A DNA stretch of 59,076 nt, filler included, from Bipalium vagum (Eukaryota), in assembly GCA_037834085.1 (NCBI GenBank). It is 3 parts of 3 records of this genome, joined end to end, with 100 filler letters (N's around TTAATTAATTAA, not from the genome) between each part and the next. Parts side by side here need not be neighbours in the genome. Positions count along the whole stretch, not along the records: positions 19,263 to 37,952 come from JBBMKC010022808.1; positions 38,053 to 59,076 come from JBBMKC010242831.1; 1 more part is not named here. The stretch is one strand, 5' to 3'. Numbering within the stretch: position 1 is the first letter of the stretch; each line of letters starts with the position of its first letter. Position numbers and translations under genes: made by a program. Below the pieces are notes generated by a model. That model saw nothing but the letters and a program-made list of their open reading frames with translations, was not told the origin of the DNA and did not search any database. Shown piece by piece: positions 25,712-39,612 of the stretch.

Positions 25712-26750
25712 TTAGGTTGTCTCATATGAATTGTTCGATTTCGGTAGTTAATTTTTCAAATTTTTTACAATCTTTTATACTAAAGCTGCAGAAATAAATT
25801 AAAGAATATTCTGAAATCCTCATGTTAAAATATGGTTTTTTCATATTTGCTTAAAAAAAAACCCAATAAATTCTTAGAAAATATCAGGAATGACGCATAA
25901 ATTGACAAACAATGAAATTCACACAATTTACTTACACTGATGGAAGTTACAACATGTAGATTTTAACCTCCATACAAACATCTGTATTTTTTCCTGATTC
26001 AATCAAGAAGAACGTGGTATCGCATTATTATATTGCAGTATTACATCTTTTTTATTAATTAAAATAGAATTGAAATTGGACTCAGTCTCTCTAATTGTGG
26101 AAAATAGAGTTCGATATCTATAGTGTTATTTTTCACCAGTTTCCAATACACAATACCATTGATATCACACAAAACGGACAATAACATTGTTTTTTTAAAC
26201 ATGTAGAGTATTGTTTGGTTAGGATTTAACCATTGTCTTATTCTTTTGTTGTTGAGGTGGAGAATTGATTTCTCATTTTCAGATATCAATCGTGACAGTA
26301 GAATATCACAAGTGATAGTTCTTTGAATTATATCCTCATTGACCATTTTGTATGGATCCAAATATTCAGTTTGCTGATCTTCCCAATGAATTTTAAATGA
26401 TTCCAAATGATCTTAATCATATGCCTCGATCGAATCATATGTATTTAGACGGAGATTTGATTCGATATCTAATTGTAACATGTCATCGTCCACTACGGTT
26501 TGGGCTCCTGATCTTGGTTGTCCCTCCAAATCAAAATTATCTTTTGAAAACTTTTGAAATAATTTCTCAAATTGACTCAAACTTATAACATTTGAATGTA
26601 TTGTACAAATGTTCTTGGTTTCAATCCTTGAGTGGAATTAACTCTTAAGCTGGAAGAGCATGAAGTGTCAAATGTACAACTTTGTGAAATCTATAATTTT
26701 AGACTAGAAATATTAAAGTTATCGGAATAAATATAATAAATATTTGAAGA
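25712..26750 (-). mobile_element. Decayed mariner element lacking its own 5' TIR
   Basis: TA + TIR ttaggttgtctcatatgaattgttcgattt at 25712. Transposase pieces QRTITCDILLSR...KKTMLLSVLCDINGIVYWKLV...YFPQLERL and YNNAIPRS. Confidence 0.8.
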
Positions 26751-26755
26751 TCATA

Positions 26756-27038
26756 ATATCTCCTTGGAAGCATCCATTGTACCCAAGCCTCTTTTCCAAC
26801 AACAGTCTTATCTCAAATTTTGTAGAAGTCATGTTAATCAAATTGAAATTATTTATTGAAATTCAAAAACTTACAGTCAATATTTTATTCAATATTTAAA
26901 CAAGTGATAAATTGCTATTTAAATAAAATTAAACATAAAATGTGGCTATTAAACTTTGAAAATAATGGTAAAACCTTATTTGGAATGTAAAATTTCTTTA
27001 TAATACTTTTTTGAGCACGCACTTTTGCATCACCCTCG
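26756..27038 (-). mobile_element. Second copy of the mariner 5' end seen at 22524-22814
   Basis: A direct repeat of about 285 nt with scattered substitutions and one short deletion, ending in the same TIR (...acttttgcatcaccctcg|ta). Confidence 0.9.
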
Positions 27039-27966
27039 TAATTTATTATAAATTCACCATATTATAAATTCATAAATACATTCAAATAATTGCAAATTAC
27101 TTTTATATTAATTAAACAAACTTACAAATTTGATATTAAAATACGCAATTACTTAATTTTTACCCTAATACTTTGTCAATTTATATTGAGAAGATATAAA
27201 TTAATGTCAAAAATGAAATGAACAAAGAGAATCACAAAAATGAATTATCATAACCTGACAGTCGGTAAAAGCAAAAATCAAATAAAATCATTTAAAAATA
27301 TTTTAATAATATTATTATTACTTATCATTCTTTTACAGTTATTGTTTAAAATTAATCAAAAACCCATTTTTCTTTTAATTATTCTTTTTCTCAGAAGCAA
27401 AACCACTTCTGGCATTTTATTCTTTCTCTTAGTCTGTATTGCTACTCCACGAAATTCGAAGCGTGTCAGGCAAATCACTATTATATTTATGATAATAATA
27501 ATTATTTTTCTTATAAATAAATAAATATTTATTAATTATTTAATATTATTTACTGAAACCTAATAAAACCCATGACCATTAAAGTGAAATTAAACAAAGT
27601 TCTATTCAACCAATACAATATGAAATAATGTTATATAAAAGTCTGTCTAGGTTTTATAAAACCCAATCGATATCAAATGAAATAATTTTTTTAATATATT
27701 AATTAAATTATAATTAATTATAATTTATTAATTAATTATTATTAATTATAATAATTCATTAATTATAATTAATTAACTAAATATATATAATAAATATAAT
27801 AAATAAAATATTTAAGATAATAAAAATAAAATAACAATATTCCTAATAATAAAATGAGATATTTAAAAAAAGGTTTCAATGTTAATGTAAAAATCTCAAG
27901 TTCAAAATTTTATACTTTCTTTAATTTCAAGAAAGAGAAATGTAAAGCACTGTATTTTCTATTGTA

Positions 27967-29015
27967 CATTACGGTCCATAAAAAAGTTTTGGTTCACCTT
28001 AAAATTTTCAATAATTTGTTATTTCAACTGCTATAAAATCAACAATTTTAAAGATAATCAGAAACGGTTTTTCGCATGTTGTAGAACATTGGTAACTAAA
28101 GCCAATACACAAATTTAAAATTGAATTTCATGTAGAATAGTGTTGGGATACAACTGTTAAGTAAAAGGTTTGTGCTTTTTATTTACTTGTCCTCAGGAAT
28201 AATCATATTACTTTAGGTCTTTATTAAAGGTCACTTAGGTTTTTAGATGAAATATAATCGAAATAAGTTTAATAATGTTGTTTAATTATACTTTGAAAGG
28301 AAATTCGTTCCATTTTCAAATTATTTGGCTTGAAAATTGCAAACTCAAAAATTTGACATTTTGTGTTTATTTTTATAAAACTGAAGTAAGAGATTTTTAA
28401 AATTCACCATAGAGTATCTTAATCTTGTGGGGAAGAGATACACAGTAATGAATTCCACATGTTGCTATCAATTATCAAATGAAAACCGTTCATAGATATG
28501 CGCACTCAGATTTCGCGACTCAGGGTTTTCATATAGTCAGATAAGTAGGATAATATTGGAAAAATATCATTTATCTGTTTCCCATATAGCTTTTTGGAAG
28601 CTTATTTTAAAAGAATGTTCAACTGGGACTGTAAGCGGAACAATAGGGAGTGGTATGTCATTGAAAACGTCGCCAAGGGATGGCAGATGTTTAAAAATGT
28701 TGGCTTTGAAGAATCGAAAAATATCAAGACGTTTCCTATCCTCAGAGTTTGAAAAGATTACAGATGTCAACAAAAGCAAAATGACAATTTCTCATTGATT
28801 GCAGACTTTCGGGCTTAGGATCCATTGATGCCGATATCTACTCGCTTGAAGGAAGTAATAAAATTGCACTGAACCTATTTTTTATGTATTGCATTGGTAG
28901 ACAAATATTCCATAACATGCAAAAAACCGTTTCTGATTATCCTTAATTATAGCAGTTTAAATACTACAAAATTGTTGAAAATTTTAAGGTGTTAACTTTT
29001 TTATGGACCGTTGTG
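27967..29015 (+). mobile_element. Internally deleted Tc1-like element with long imperfect TIRs
   Basis: TA-flanked, with about 130-150-nt inverted ends (cattacggtccataaaaaagtt...gataatcagaaacggttttt and aaaaaaccgtttctgattatc...aacttttttatggaccgttgtg). Only the DNA-binding region remains (GFSYSQISR...GSGMSLKTSPRDGRCLKMLALKNRK). Confidence 0.88.
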
Positions 29016-30462
29016 TATATCTGTTCTTATACATATATTATTAGAATTTAATAATATTAAGTTTGAATACGTTCTTAATTTTTCATAAAATTATTATTAT
29101 GAAGACTGGTTATTGTATTTTAATAATTTTTAATTTTGAAACCCCTAAAATAATTTTTTAATTAAAAAATATTAAATCAAAAATTTAACAAATAAAAAAG
29201 GGTGAAGTTCGGATAAGATACCTTAGTTACAAATTTGTTTTAACTCGGTATTATAATTATTTAAGTGATTTATTTTAATTTAACGTGATATTAGCTTTAA
29301 TTTTGGTGATTTACAATTAAAATCAATATTGTGTATATATTATATTATTATATATTATATTATATCTATAATATATACTTATATATATTATATACATATA
29401 TATTATTCATAACAAAGTTGATGGGATTACTTAATTCATTAAAATAAAGAAACTTAAATAATGTTTGATTATAACTAAATATGATTGGTTAGTTTAAACA
29501 AATTTGTAACTGAGAGATTTTATCTGAATTAGATCCATGACAAAATTAACATAAAAATTATAAATTGTTAATAAAATTAATTATCTTAAATAAAATGTAC
29601 TTTAAATTCCTCGTTGTTCTCGATCTTAAAGTATTAGATTGTTTTAATATTCTCACATCAAATGTTTCGTAGCGTCACTCAAGCCGGAACATAATAATAA
29701 ATAGACTATAAATAAAAAATGTAAAATTTTGTTTTTTTGATATATTAAAAATTATCAAATTAAAAATATTCCTAATGACATCTATCCCGAAAAAGTTTTC
29801 CCATCTAAAAATCTCTCTTAAAACTGAAATGAATGTAAAGTTTCCTAAATTAATTTACGCTTCAGTGAATATTATTTTTAATGAAAATAGTATTTATTAA
29901 TAGAAATGTAAAGTGAGTGAAAAGGTTGATTGGTAACGATTATCTGTCATGAGATGGAGACTACATTTTATGGTTAGAGAGGCACGTATTAATTGGCATT
30001 TGGATGATTTGTCCACGCAATAAGCAATACATGGAAAAACAAACGGGTCGGATCTTGACAACCTTAAACTATCAATTTAATAAATAAATTGAAAAATTAA
30101 TGATAAATATTAAACAAAGGATATATAATACATTAAAACAATTTTCAATATTTTCACTGAGTTTTTAATTTAATCAATAATTAATATATAATAATAATTA
30201 ATATAATATAAATAATAATAATTAATATATATAATTAACAGAAAGCCAATTTTTTTATTAAATTAAAATTTTTCAGTATAAAATAACTTCTAATAATTAA
30301 TCCAATTAAATTATGATAATTAAATATAATAAATAAATATTAATACATTTTTAAAATAATATATTTCAAGTCTTTTAATCTGCCGCTCCAAAGATTTCGG
30401 TAATATGTGATTTTATCATACAAATTATGATTATCAGCAATTAAAAGCATCTTGATTTCCAG

Positions 30463-33400
30463 GACTCTCTGATTCTGGAATTGCAGCGTCTCCATACCTA
30501 CGAAGCTCTTTCCAGTCCGGCATACCTGGCTCTAACGACGTCAGATTCGGTTTCGTCGGCCTTTTTGTTGAGAAACGAGCTATACCAGCTGGCCCAGCAA
30601 GAAAAGCAATTTAAAGTAATTAATTAAATTAAAATTAAATGCATTCCACATTGCGGATCATTGTTTTTGTGAACTAATGGATTATTTATTACAACATTCA
30701 TAAAGTGGATCATAAATAAAGCGTAACTCGTACCATATATGGCAAAGAATGGCAATTGATAATAATTGAAACTGAATGAAATATTAATGAAGTATTGTTT
30801 TATTTGTCTGTAAAACAAATTAAAATGATTACGGGTATTATTTATACAAGTCATTCAAAACTCATTGGTTTAATCATTTTGGAAATATGAAGATTAATAA
30901 TTATTAATTTCAATTATTTATTGTTTTAATTAATTGATTAATAAACTTCTGTTTTCTCAGAGCCCTCAATTCATGGGGATAAGTGAAGTATTGTTTTTGA
31001 ATAATAAAAATAAACTTTAGTTAATTCCGTTGGGTCAGTTATTGTTTGTAAAACGTTCTATGAGAGAAATTGGGATTTCGTAAGTTCTAATTAGTTAACC
31101 AAAGACCATTTTTTGTTTTCTTTCTAATAGGTTGTTACATAAAATATGTGGGATTTATTGAAGTTAAGGTTTGCTATAAAACTTTAATCATTATATGTGA
31201 TTTTATCCTGTCTTATTATATACCAATCTGTTCGTTAGAAATCGCTATATATTTTAATGTGTTTATTCTAATGCTTATTCAATGATTTTTTATATTTTGG
31301 AGTCAATTCAATATACCATGCAAAAACATGATTTTCTTGTGATTTTCGTTCAAATAAATTTAACTCTATACGCATATTGATTGATCATTTAAAATCTCTA
31401 AAAATAGATTATAAATCTTCAAAGTAGAATAAAAAGTAAGCAAGCAGAAATCATATTTATATTTAAATTAATTTTTCGAAATATTTACTAGGTGGCCGAA
31501 GACTTTTGGCAGGGAAGTGTATATCTTTATTATTTGTTTATTATTGGCTTTTAAATTTTCACTTCGAAATCCGTCATTTTTTGTAAAATTCTAATAATTA
31601 TGAAAACCCTTCTACTTACTTTAATTATAATTTATGTAATGTACCCTTAAAGTACTTCACTATCTTAATCAAATTAGTTTGAATATTGAATGAATAGCAC
31701 TGACTTTTGGAAACTGTTCTCTGTATTGGTAATGAAAAAATTCAAATTTCAGAAGTAATATAAAAAAATAGTTGGATCATGTTTTTAATTTGAACAACAA
31801 ATTTGCAATTAAATATTCATAAGTTTCTAAATCTGTCAGCTCATAAGAGTTAGGGTTAAGATTAACAAATATTGGGTTAAGGATTATGGTTACCTAAAGT
31901 AACTGTTCTCAATTTGTGGTCAGAAAAGAGAGGGACGAAGCGCTGCTACCGAAATTAAATTGATTTCATTATTACTAGCCAGGCAAGCAGCACTAATGAC
32001 AGAAATAGGCAAGCCAGACAGCTGCTGTTGTGTTTCAAAAATAGATTTGATATCGATAGCCATGTTTGAATAAATAAGAATTAAAACTTCTTTGTTTTCA
32101 TTATTAAAGTTATTTTTAAAAAAATATTTGAATCATTTGTTTATTTTGATCATTGTGATGAAAGAAAATCAAAATAGGTTTTTATAAAGTTATTAGATTA
32201 GTTTTCGAATTCTTAATGACCTCTCCGATCTTTAATATTTCCAAATAACGTTTAGGTATTAAACACCATAAACAATTATTATTAAAACTTGAAAATAATT
32301 GCTTTTAATAAAATTTGTTTTACTAAAGTGCATAAATATTACAAAATTGAATAAGCTGAAAATACATCTGGTTTTAGAAGTGTTTACATTTAAGAAACAA
32401 GAGTTTTGTAAATATTTTAGTACTTTTATACCGTTATTAATTTGTTTTAATAAGGTTTTCTTTCTGCACTAATCGTTGCACCATTTCTAAGGCAAGATCC
32501 AGGAATATGGGGGGAAAATTATACCTTTTTACTGACAAAAATAAAACCAATCTTCCGATAACTTATTTTCCAATCAATAAAACGTCTTCAACAAATAAAA
32601 CTCTTCTGATAAGCAATACAATTTAAACTCTTCCAATATAAACAAATATAAGATCATTCTTTTTTTCGCTTATTCTGATCAAAAACATGAAACTGAAATC
32701 TTCTCCTTACAGTCGTGGCCATAAATCATATGTAAAGGCGAGTATTTCACGATTTATGTTGTAAAACGAGGATTATAACGTTGTCCAGGTGATCTTATTG
32801 CTACCAAACTGGTGAATAGGTGTTTCATTTGAGAATAAAAGGAAACCTCCAATTTTCTAAGATCAAGTATTGGTATTTACGGCTAAAAATAAATATCTTT
32901 TATGTTTTTGGCTGTCAGTCTGCGCTTAGATGCAGCCGGACGAGACAGTAAATTAAAGTCATTCAAAAGACGTCTAAACACTGTCTTAGCACTCACAACA
33001 ATTTCAGCAGGCAATTGCGATGCAATAAATGATGAGGAAGAAGTAGGGTTGATGGTAGAAACACGCCTGATAAAGTGGTAAGTTCGAACAATGGTCAACG
33101 TCAGTCTTCCTGGTGATTTTTTATGTTTCAAACTTCCTGTAGCATGATAGCTCGATAAGCATCTTGATATCACGGATTGAGACAAAAAAAATCTTAGTGT
33201 TACTGAGTTTTAAAGCAGTGCTTATTTTTAGCGAACACAACCAAAAAATATATTGGAGTCAGGCCATAGTGGGCTTGGTTAATATTAATAGTAAAAATAA
33301 AATAAAACAATATAAGACTATTAAAAATAATAAATATAAAAAGATAATTATAAACAATAGAATTAAAAATTAACTTTCAAATATTGAAAGAGAAAATCAC

Positions 33401-34895
33401 TTCTGTTAATTTAATAGTCCTATTCAAAGGTCGTAACTTCATAAATATTATTCATAAATATTATTCATAAATATTATTAATAAAATATATTCATATTATT
33501 CATTTATATTCATATTATTGATATATATATTATACTATTATTGATATATATTATACTATTATTGATATTTATTATAATATTATTGATATATATTATAATA
33601 TTATTGATATAAATGTAATTATATTATTGATATATATGTAATTTTTATTATTGATATTTATTGATATTATTTATTTATATTCATATAAATTCATAAATAT
33701 TAATAAACATATTATAAATTCATTAATATTATGAACTGCAAAAATTGGCAGAAGTCAATGAAGCTTTCGATTACTGTGTAATAAATAATGTTGAGAATTT
33801 AAACAAGATTTTACATTTCTTTTATTTATACATTTAAATTTTAAATAATTGTTGCCTCCCAAAGGAGAGAAAACTTCATGCTTGGTTTTAGTTCAAAATC
33901 ATCAAGATAGAATGATCAAAGGGATCAGACAAAAGGTTTTAATAAAAAAAACTTTTACAAAGCAGCTGGATAATAAGTGTTCCTAAAGTTCACAGAAAAC
34001 CTATTTCGCACTTTAATGATTTTTTCTATAATTTCGGTCATTTCAAAGAATTATCGCTCAACATCCCCCAGTAATAATAAAATTTTATATAAAAAACAAA
34101 AAATTTTATAGAATGATTTTTTTATATTTTAAAATATTTTTATAGGGTATAAATTTTAATAATTTTTTAAAAAATTGATTTTCATTTCTTAATTTTAATG
34201 ATTATTGATATTAAAATAAACAAATAAAAGTTTAGATAATATCTTAATACTATTAAAATTATTTTATTTCTCTATTTATCTATCTTCATTTTCTTTTCCG
34301 TCTTTATTCTTCTTTTTATATTTTATAATAATATTTATTTGTATTTAATTTTTATCCATTAATAATAATGATAATATAATATAATATAATATAATAATAA
34401 TAATATTATTACAGTTATGTTTACGGATATCATTATTTATATTTTTATAATTGCTATAATGAGTCTACAAAAGTAAATAAGGAATAATTATTATTTATTT
34501 AGGAGGAGTATACCAACTTGGCTCGCCAATGTATGCAATTTGCCAAGGACTGTGTGGATCTTTGTAGAACAAGCGATGAAGTCGACTCCCTTTTGAGTGC
34601 GACAGTCGTAAAAAATAATAAAGTAGTCCGTTATCCTTTGGCAACCGTGAAGCTGGCCATGCAGTGCCACGAGAAAAAGGTACATTTATCTCTTGTGAAT
34701 GTTCCAAAATCCCTAAAAGCCCGTTTCCAGTTTGTCGCTCATTCTAATTGTCAGCACCAGGTTGAAAACAAGTTTTATGGCAAATTGCTTTTTATTAGGG
34801 ACTGTAATCTAATAGAGAAGATCAAATTTTTCAGCCTCTTGATTCCAAGTTTGCCAATATTGTACATGATTTATATTTTCTTTCCAAATACGAAG
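30463..34895 (+). CDS. TRPC-family (short transient receptor potential) cation channel, three internal exons
   Basis: Phase-0 exons 30463-30615 (DSLILELQRLHTYEALSSPAYLALTTSDSVSSAFLLRNELYQLAQQEKQFK), 34503-34679 (EEYTNLARQCMQFAKDCVDLCRTSDEV...LATVKLAMQCHEKK) and 34731-34895 (FVAHSNCQHQVENKFYG...LPILYMIYIFFPNTK). These match the TRPC linker/pre-S1 consensus (Y..L.SP...L; EF..EY..L...C..FA; FVA.PNCQ). Ankyrin and S1-S6 exons were not found in this contig. Confidence 0.92.
32460..33230 (-). mobile_element. Decayed Tc1-family transposase in a TRPC intron
   Basis: SQSVISRCLSSYHATGSLKHKKSPGR...VSAKTVFRRLLNDFNLLSRPAASKRRLT, followed by WRFPLFSNET (first catalytic motif). Confidence 0.85.
33440..33730. 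repeat. AT-rich minisatellite
   Basis: 13-nt ttcataaatatta units, then roughly 20-nt tattattgatatatattata units. Confidence 0.8.
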
Positions 34896-35399
34896 GTGAA
34901 TTATTTTTTATTAAATCTCTTATTAAATTAACTTTTTGTTTTGAAGAAAATTAATTAAATTTTTATTAGATTTATTCGTAAGTAAAAGCTGAAATCGGCA
35001 TTTCATTTTCTCCCAGGAAAGAAAAATTTAAAATTTCAATTTTTTAATTATATAATTTTCTTCATAGTTTTTTAAAATATAATATTATTAATAATTCATA
35101 TTTTAATTTTTAATTTTATATAAAATATAATAATTTATTAATAATTATTTTAATTAAAAAGTACAATAAAATAAAAGTATATTTTCATTTAAAATTTATC
35201 ATCATGTAACCAAAATAGTTTTGTGGTTTTTTGATATATTTGGATTAAATATGTTTAAATAAAAGTATCTTTATTTTTAAAAAGAAATATGTTTTTATAA
35301 TGAAATTTCATATTTCATCTTTATTGATTATCTTTGAATTAATCAATTTCTATAAAATCTTCTATACATTTTATTCAAACCCAAAATTCTTATTGATAA

Positions 35400-36050
35400 A
35401 AATGTAATTAGAACATTTTTGTTCTATGAATTCAAACTCGGGTCTAACAAAATCAGATGCATGTCGTAGAATATGTCTAGCTTTCTCTTAAAGGAGAGAA
35501 CATCTCAAAATTTGTTTGCAAAATTTTGAACGGTTATGAGTCACTTGAAAATGCACCACACTATAGGAGACTATCAAACATCAATGACGAAGAATTAAGA
35601 AACGTTAATGAAGAAAATTCCAAAATGTCTTGCCAATAGTAAGACCAAATGTTTAAGGTAAGTGACGAAATATGTCGCATACATATGCACGCAATTAGAA
35701 AAGCGCGGAAACTTGTTATATGAGACCACATTCATTAAAAAGGAAAACAAGCTTCACAGACTAACATCATATTCTTCTCATCTTTTACGAAAAGGTGTAA
35801 CATCATTTTTGGACTCCTTGGTTGAAGTATTTCCTGGACGTTGAATTGGATGCTGAGGACCAATCGAATGGCCTGGTAAATCCAGTATGTGACATCGTCT
35901 GATTTTCTTTTCTATGGGAGTTCTAAAGAATGCAGTTTATGCTAATAAGTCTATTAAAATTGTTCAACTAAAACAAAATATTCAGCACAAATGGAACCAA
36001 ATTATAGAGGAAACTTACCGGGATGTAAGGGGCACTATTGTCAAAAAAAT
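35400..36050 (+). mobile_element. Fused decayed Tc1/mariner-superfamily fragments
   Basis: A mariner-like N-terminus (IRTFLFYEFKLG...) is followed by FPGR*IG...GPIEWP...VYANK...IVQLKQNI, the C-terminal pattern of a different transposase family. Confidence 0.55.
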
Positions 36051-37952
36051 TATTTTACCCTATAATTTAAATAAAATATTTTTTTAAAAATAATTTTATT
36101 ATTTTTGCTTAAATTTAATAACCAGAATGGTTTTACTTAATTTGAAATATTAAATATTATTATTAAATTATCATATTGGGCATAGGCATTGAAAGTGAGC
36201 CTATTCTTAAATAGCTGTAATAAAGAAACTTTATTCATTTGTTTAAATAAACTATCTGAACATATATTTTTTATGCATTGTTCAAAAATAATCTAAAAGA
36301 CATTCTAATATATTTAACTATATCTTATTTGTATCTTTCTTAGATACCAAATAAGCAACATTTGCGTGAAGTGATGTTATTTCATTTTGAAAAAATCTTC
36401 AGCGGGTTCTCAAATTCTTGTTGGACCTGCGGGGACAATGTTCTATCAAAATATGTGAAATGTAAAATGAAAAAATTATTTAGTGTTTATTTTATCAAAA
36501 TTTTATACATTATAAAATTTATTAAGAAAATAGAAAAATAATGAAATATTAATTAAAAATAAAATTCTGATCATTATAAATAAAGTAACACATATAAAAT
36601 AAAATATAATGATTATATAATATAATATATATTAATAATATATATATATATATATTAATAATTTAATAAATCTATTAAAGCTTTCACTGGTTTAATAAAT
36701 CGAGTAGAATTAGCCCAATGAATTGGTAATAATATAAAAAATTCTCCAAAGTAAATCAGATTAGCTAAATTAAATTTTAATTATTTTCATAATTTATTAA
36801 CCTATAAATAAATAGTAATAAAATTATTTTTAATAATAAAAATTGAATTTATTTTTGTTTTTATAACATTTTCTTATCTAAATTTTAATAAAAAATAATA
36901 AAAAAAATTAAATAATACATTAATACATGTATTAATTATAATTTTTTAAAAAATTTAAAACCAATTAAAACATTTAAATTATTGAGTTTTTAACTTTTTT
37001 CCATTTTTTTATATAGAGAAAATTCTGCAATAATATCAAGCTAAAATTGGGGGAAATAAAAATAAATATCTTCTTCACGATGAAAGCGGGAATTAGCTTA
37101 CACAGTTTTGTCATTATTTATATAAATAATTTTATAAGGTTTACTTTTCAAAATTATAATGTTAATAAGATTCACTTATCTTATTTATTATTTTATAACA
37201 CAAGTTTGTGATCGTAATAAAATAGACATTGCCTCTAAAATCCACAGGGGATTTTTTTGAAACAAGTGATTATAATTTAATATCTTATGAAATGTCATAA
37301 AATTTTACGATGTCAACAGAACTTGGTCCTAAAATGTGAATGAACATGGATTGAGAAAAACAATGATATTTTTATTAAATAATTAAAACTGGGAATAAGA
37401 ACACATGGAAAAATGTCATGGAGTTTTTCGTTAAAAAGTAATAGTTAAATAATATTACAAAAATGAAAAAAATAATAATATTGTATTAACTTCTTACAGT
37501 TAAGCATAATTTGAGAGCACCCAGTCGAATTGACAAATACTTGATTCCTCAACCATTTCCTGAACTCTAAATATTTACTTTTATTAAAATTGAGCGAGAT
37601 CGACGGAGTTAATTTTTCGTGCACGCTTTCACTCTTCTTAAGCTCTTCTACTTGATAGTGAAGTGAGATTTTCTAAGTTAGATTCTTTTTAGATTCTCTA
37701 AGCGGAGCAATTAAAAATTGATAACAATCGAAATCTTAACGCTTGGAAGGTTTTATATAAAAAGTTGCGTTTGCATAAAAGGATCAAGAACATATCATAA
37801 CTTATATTTGTTACTATAATTAGAAAAAGATTCTTTAATAAAGAACTGATTAATGAGACAAAAATTTTATTATTATAATTGTAAGGATTAAATTTTAATT
37901 AATATTAAATAATAAATAATAAATATTTTTAAAATAATTTTTAAAGTAATAT

Positions 37953-38052
37953 NNNNNNNNNNNNNNNNNNNNNNNNNNNNNNNNNNNNNNNNNNNNTTAA
38001 TTAATTAANNNNNNNNNNNNNNNNNNNNNNNNNNNNNNNNNNNNNNNNNNNN
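37953..38052. other. Artificial contig linker N44-TTAATTAATTAA-N44
   Basis: Same 100-nt structure as 19163-19262. Confidence 0.95.

Positions 38053-38124
<72 letters not shown>
38053..38124. repeat. (AAT)n microsatellite at a contig start
   Basis: Direct run of aat units. Confidence 0.97.
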
Positions 38125-38125
<1 letters not shown>

Positions 38126-39254
38126 GATTCAATTTTTTTCATTATAAAAACTCATAATAAATATTAGACATTTTCAATTAATTTAAACAATTTTTTCAAG
38201 ATTTCCCAGTTCCAAACAATTCCACTTTTCAATCGAAAAATATTTCTCAATATATGTGTATATATTTTTCTCATTTTATTTGTATTAATTTTTCTCAATA
38301 TATTATTTTTGTTTAAATCCATATCAATGAGAGTTTAAAAATGTCATTATTTGACAAGGAATCTTTTCAATACATCAGCGTAAATTAATCATTATTCTAA
38401 ATGAATGCATCAAATTTGAATAATTTCAAACAATAAAACTTTTCCCAAAAATCCATAAAAGATCGATAATAATAGAAATTGTTTTTCAATCAATCGATAT
38501 TTGTCTTTGAAACGAATTCATAAAGAGCAGCGTATGAAAAGTATCCATTTAAATGGGAAACCGGTTCTTAAGAGCTACTTAACTTTTCCAATAAACATTG
38601 GCAATTGGAATATTTGTCAAAAATAGGCTGTGATATTATGTAAAAACCGAGGGGAAAATCCAAATTTTTGTTTTAATGAAACAAAAAGAACAAATAATAT
38701 TATCTGTCACCGAACGTTTCGGGGGAATTTTTCCGAAGAGAAATAAACCAAACTGACAATCGAAAGGGAGACAATAATGTACACCACATTATTTGGAAAA
38801 TTTTAAATATAATATTAAAAGATAATAAATAGAAATACAGTGCCTCCTCTGAATTTTGCCACAAATAAGACCATGAAAAAATTGACATTAATTAGAGGGC
38901 GGAAAAAATTAGAGGTCCCATAGTCATACTTATAGCTTAACATACATAATTTATAAAAAGACCTATTTTTGTAAATTAATTCTTAAATCTAAAATGAAAA
39001 AATCAATATCAAAATTAAAGATTTATTTATTAAGCCAAAACTCGAAAGTCCTGTTTCTATTTTGGCATTTTTGGGAATTTAACATGGTTTTATTTATTTT
39101 CAAGCATTCAATACCTTCCTCTTAAACCATAGGAATGCCTACCAAATATGACTTTAGCTTGTGAAAATAAGTACTACCACATGAAAAGATAAGTTTTCTT
39201 CACATTTTTCAACATTTTCTTAGTCACTGTTTTTAGATTGTTAAGGCACCATTA

Positions 39255-39426
39255 NNNNNNNNNNNNNNNNNNNNNNNNNNNNNNNNNNNNNNNNNNNNNN
39301 NNNNNNNNNNNNNNNNNNNNNNNNNNNNNNNNNNNNNNNNNNNNNNNNNNNNNNNNNNNNNNNNNNNNNNNNNNNNNNNNNNNNNNNNNNNNNNNNNNNN
39401 NNNNNNNNNNNNNNNNNNNNNNNNNN
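39255..39426. other. 172-N scaffold gap
   Basis: N run without a linker; it may hide an upstream Ig exon. Confidence 0.95.
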
Positions 39427-39612
39427 ATAATAATAAGTATTAATAATAATAATAAAAATAAATTATAAAAAAAAATAATAATATAAATAATAATAAAAAA
39501 TAATAAAGTAATAATAATACTTATTATTATTTTAATAATAATTATAATAATTATAATAATGATATAACATAGAAAATCAATATTTCTTTAATTTAAATTG
39601 AGTTTTCTCAAG

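Noticed and set aside
27240-27524. Hydrophobic 94-aa ORF; similar ones at 4832-5029 and 57927-58196
   Set aside because: I/L/F/N-rich translations expected by chance from AT-rich low-complexity DNA.
31848-31892. Telomere-like gttagggttaag/gggttaagg units
   Set aside because: Too few and too degenerate to call an interstitial telomere.
12125-34895. Idea that the plus-strand ankyrin exons are the N-terminus of the TRP channel (TRPA/TRPN-like)
   Set aside because: A terminated RING gene and an artificial contig linker lie between them, and the channel exons are TRPC-type.
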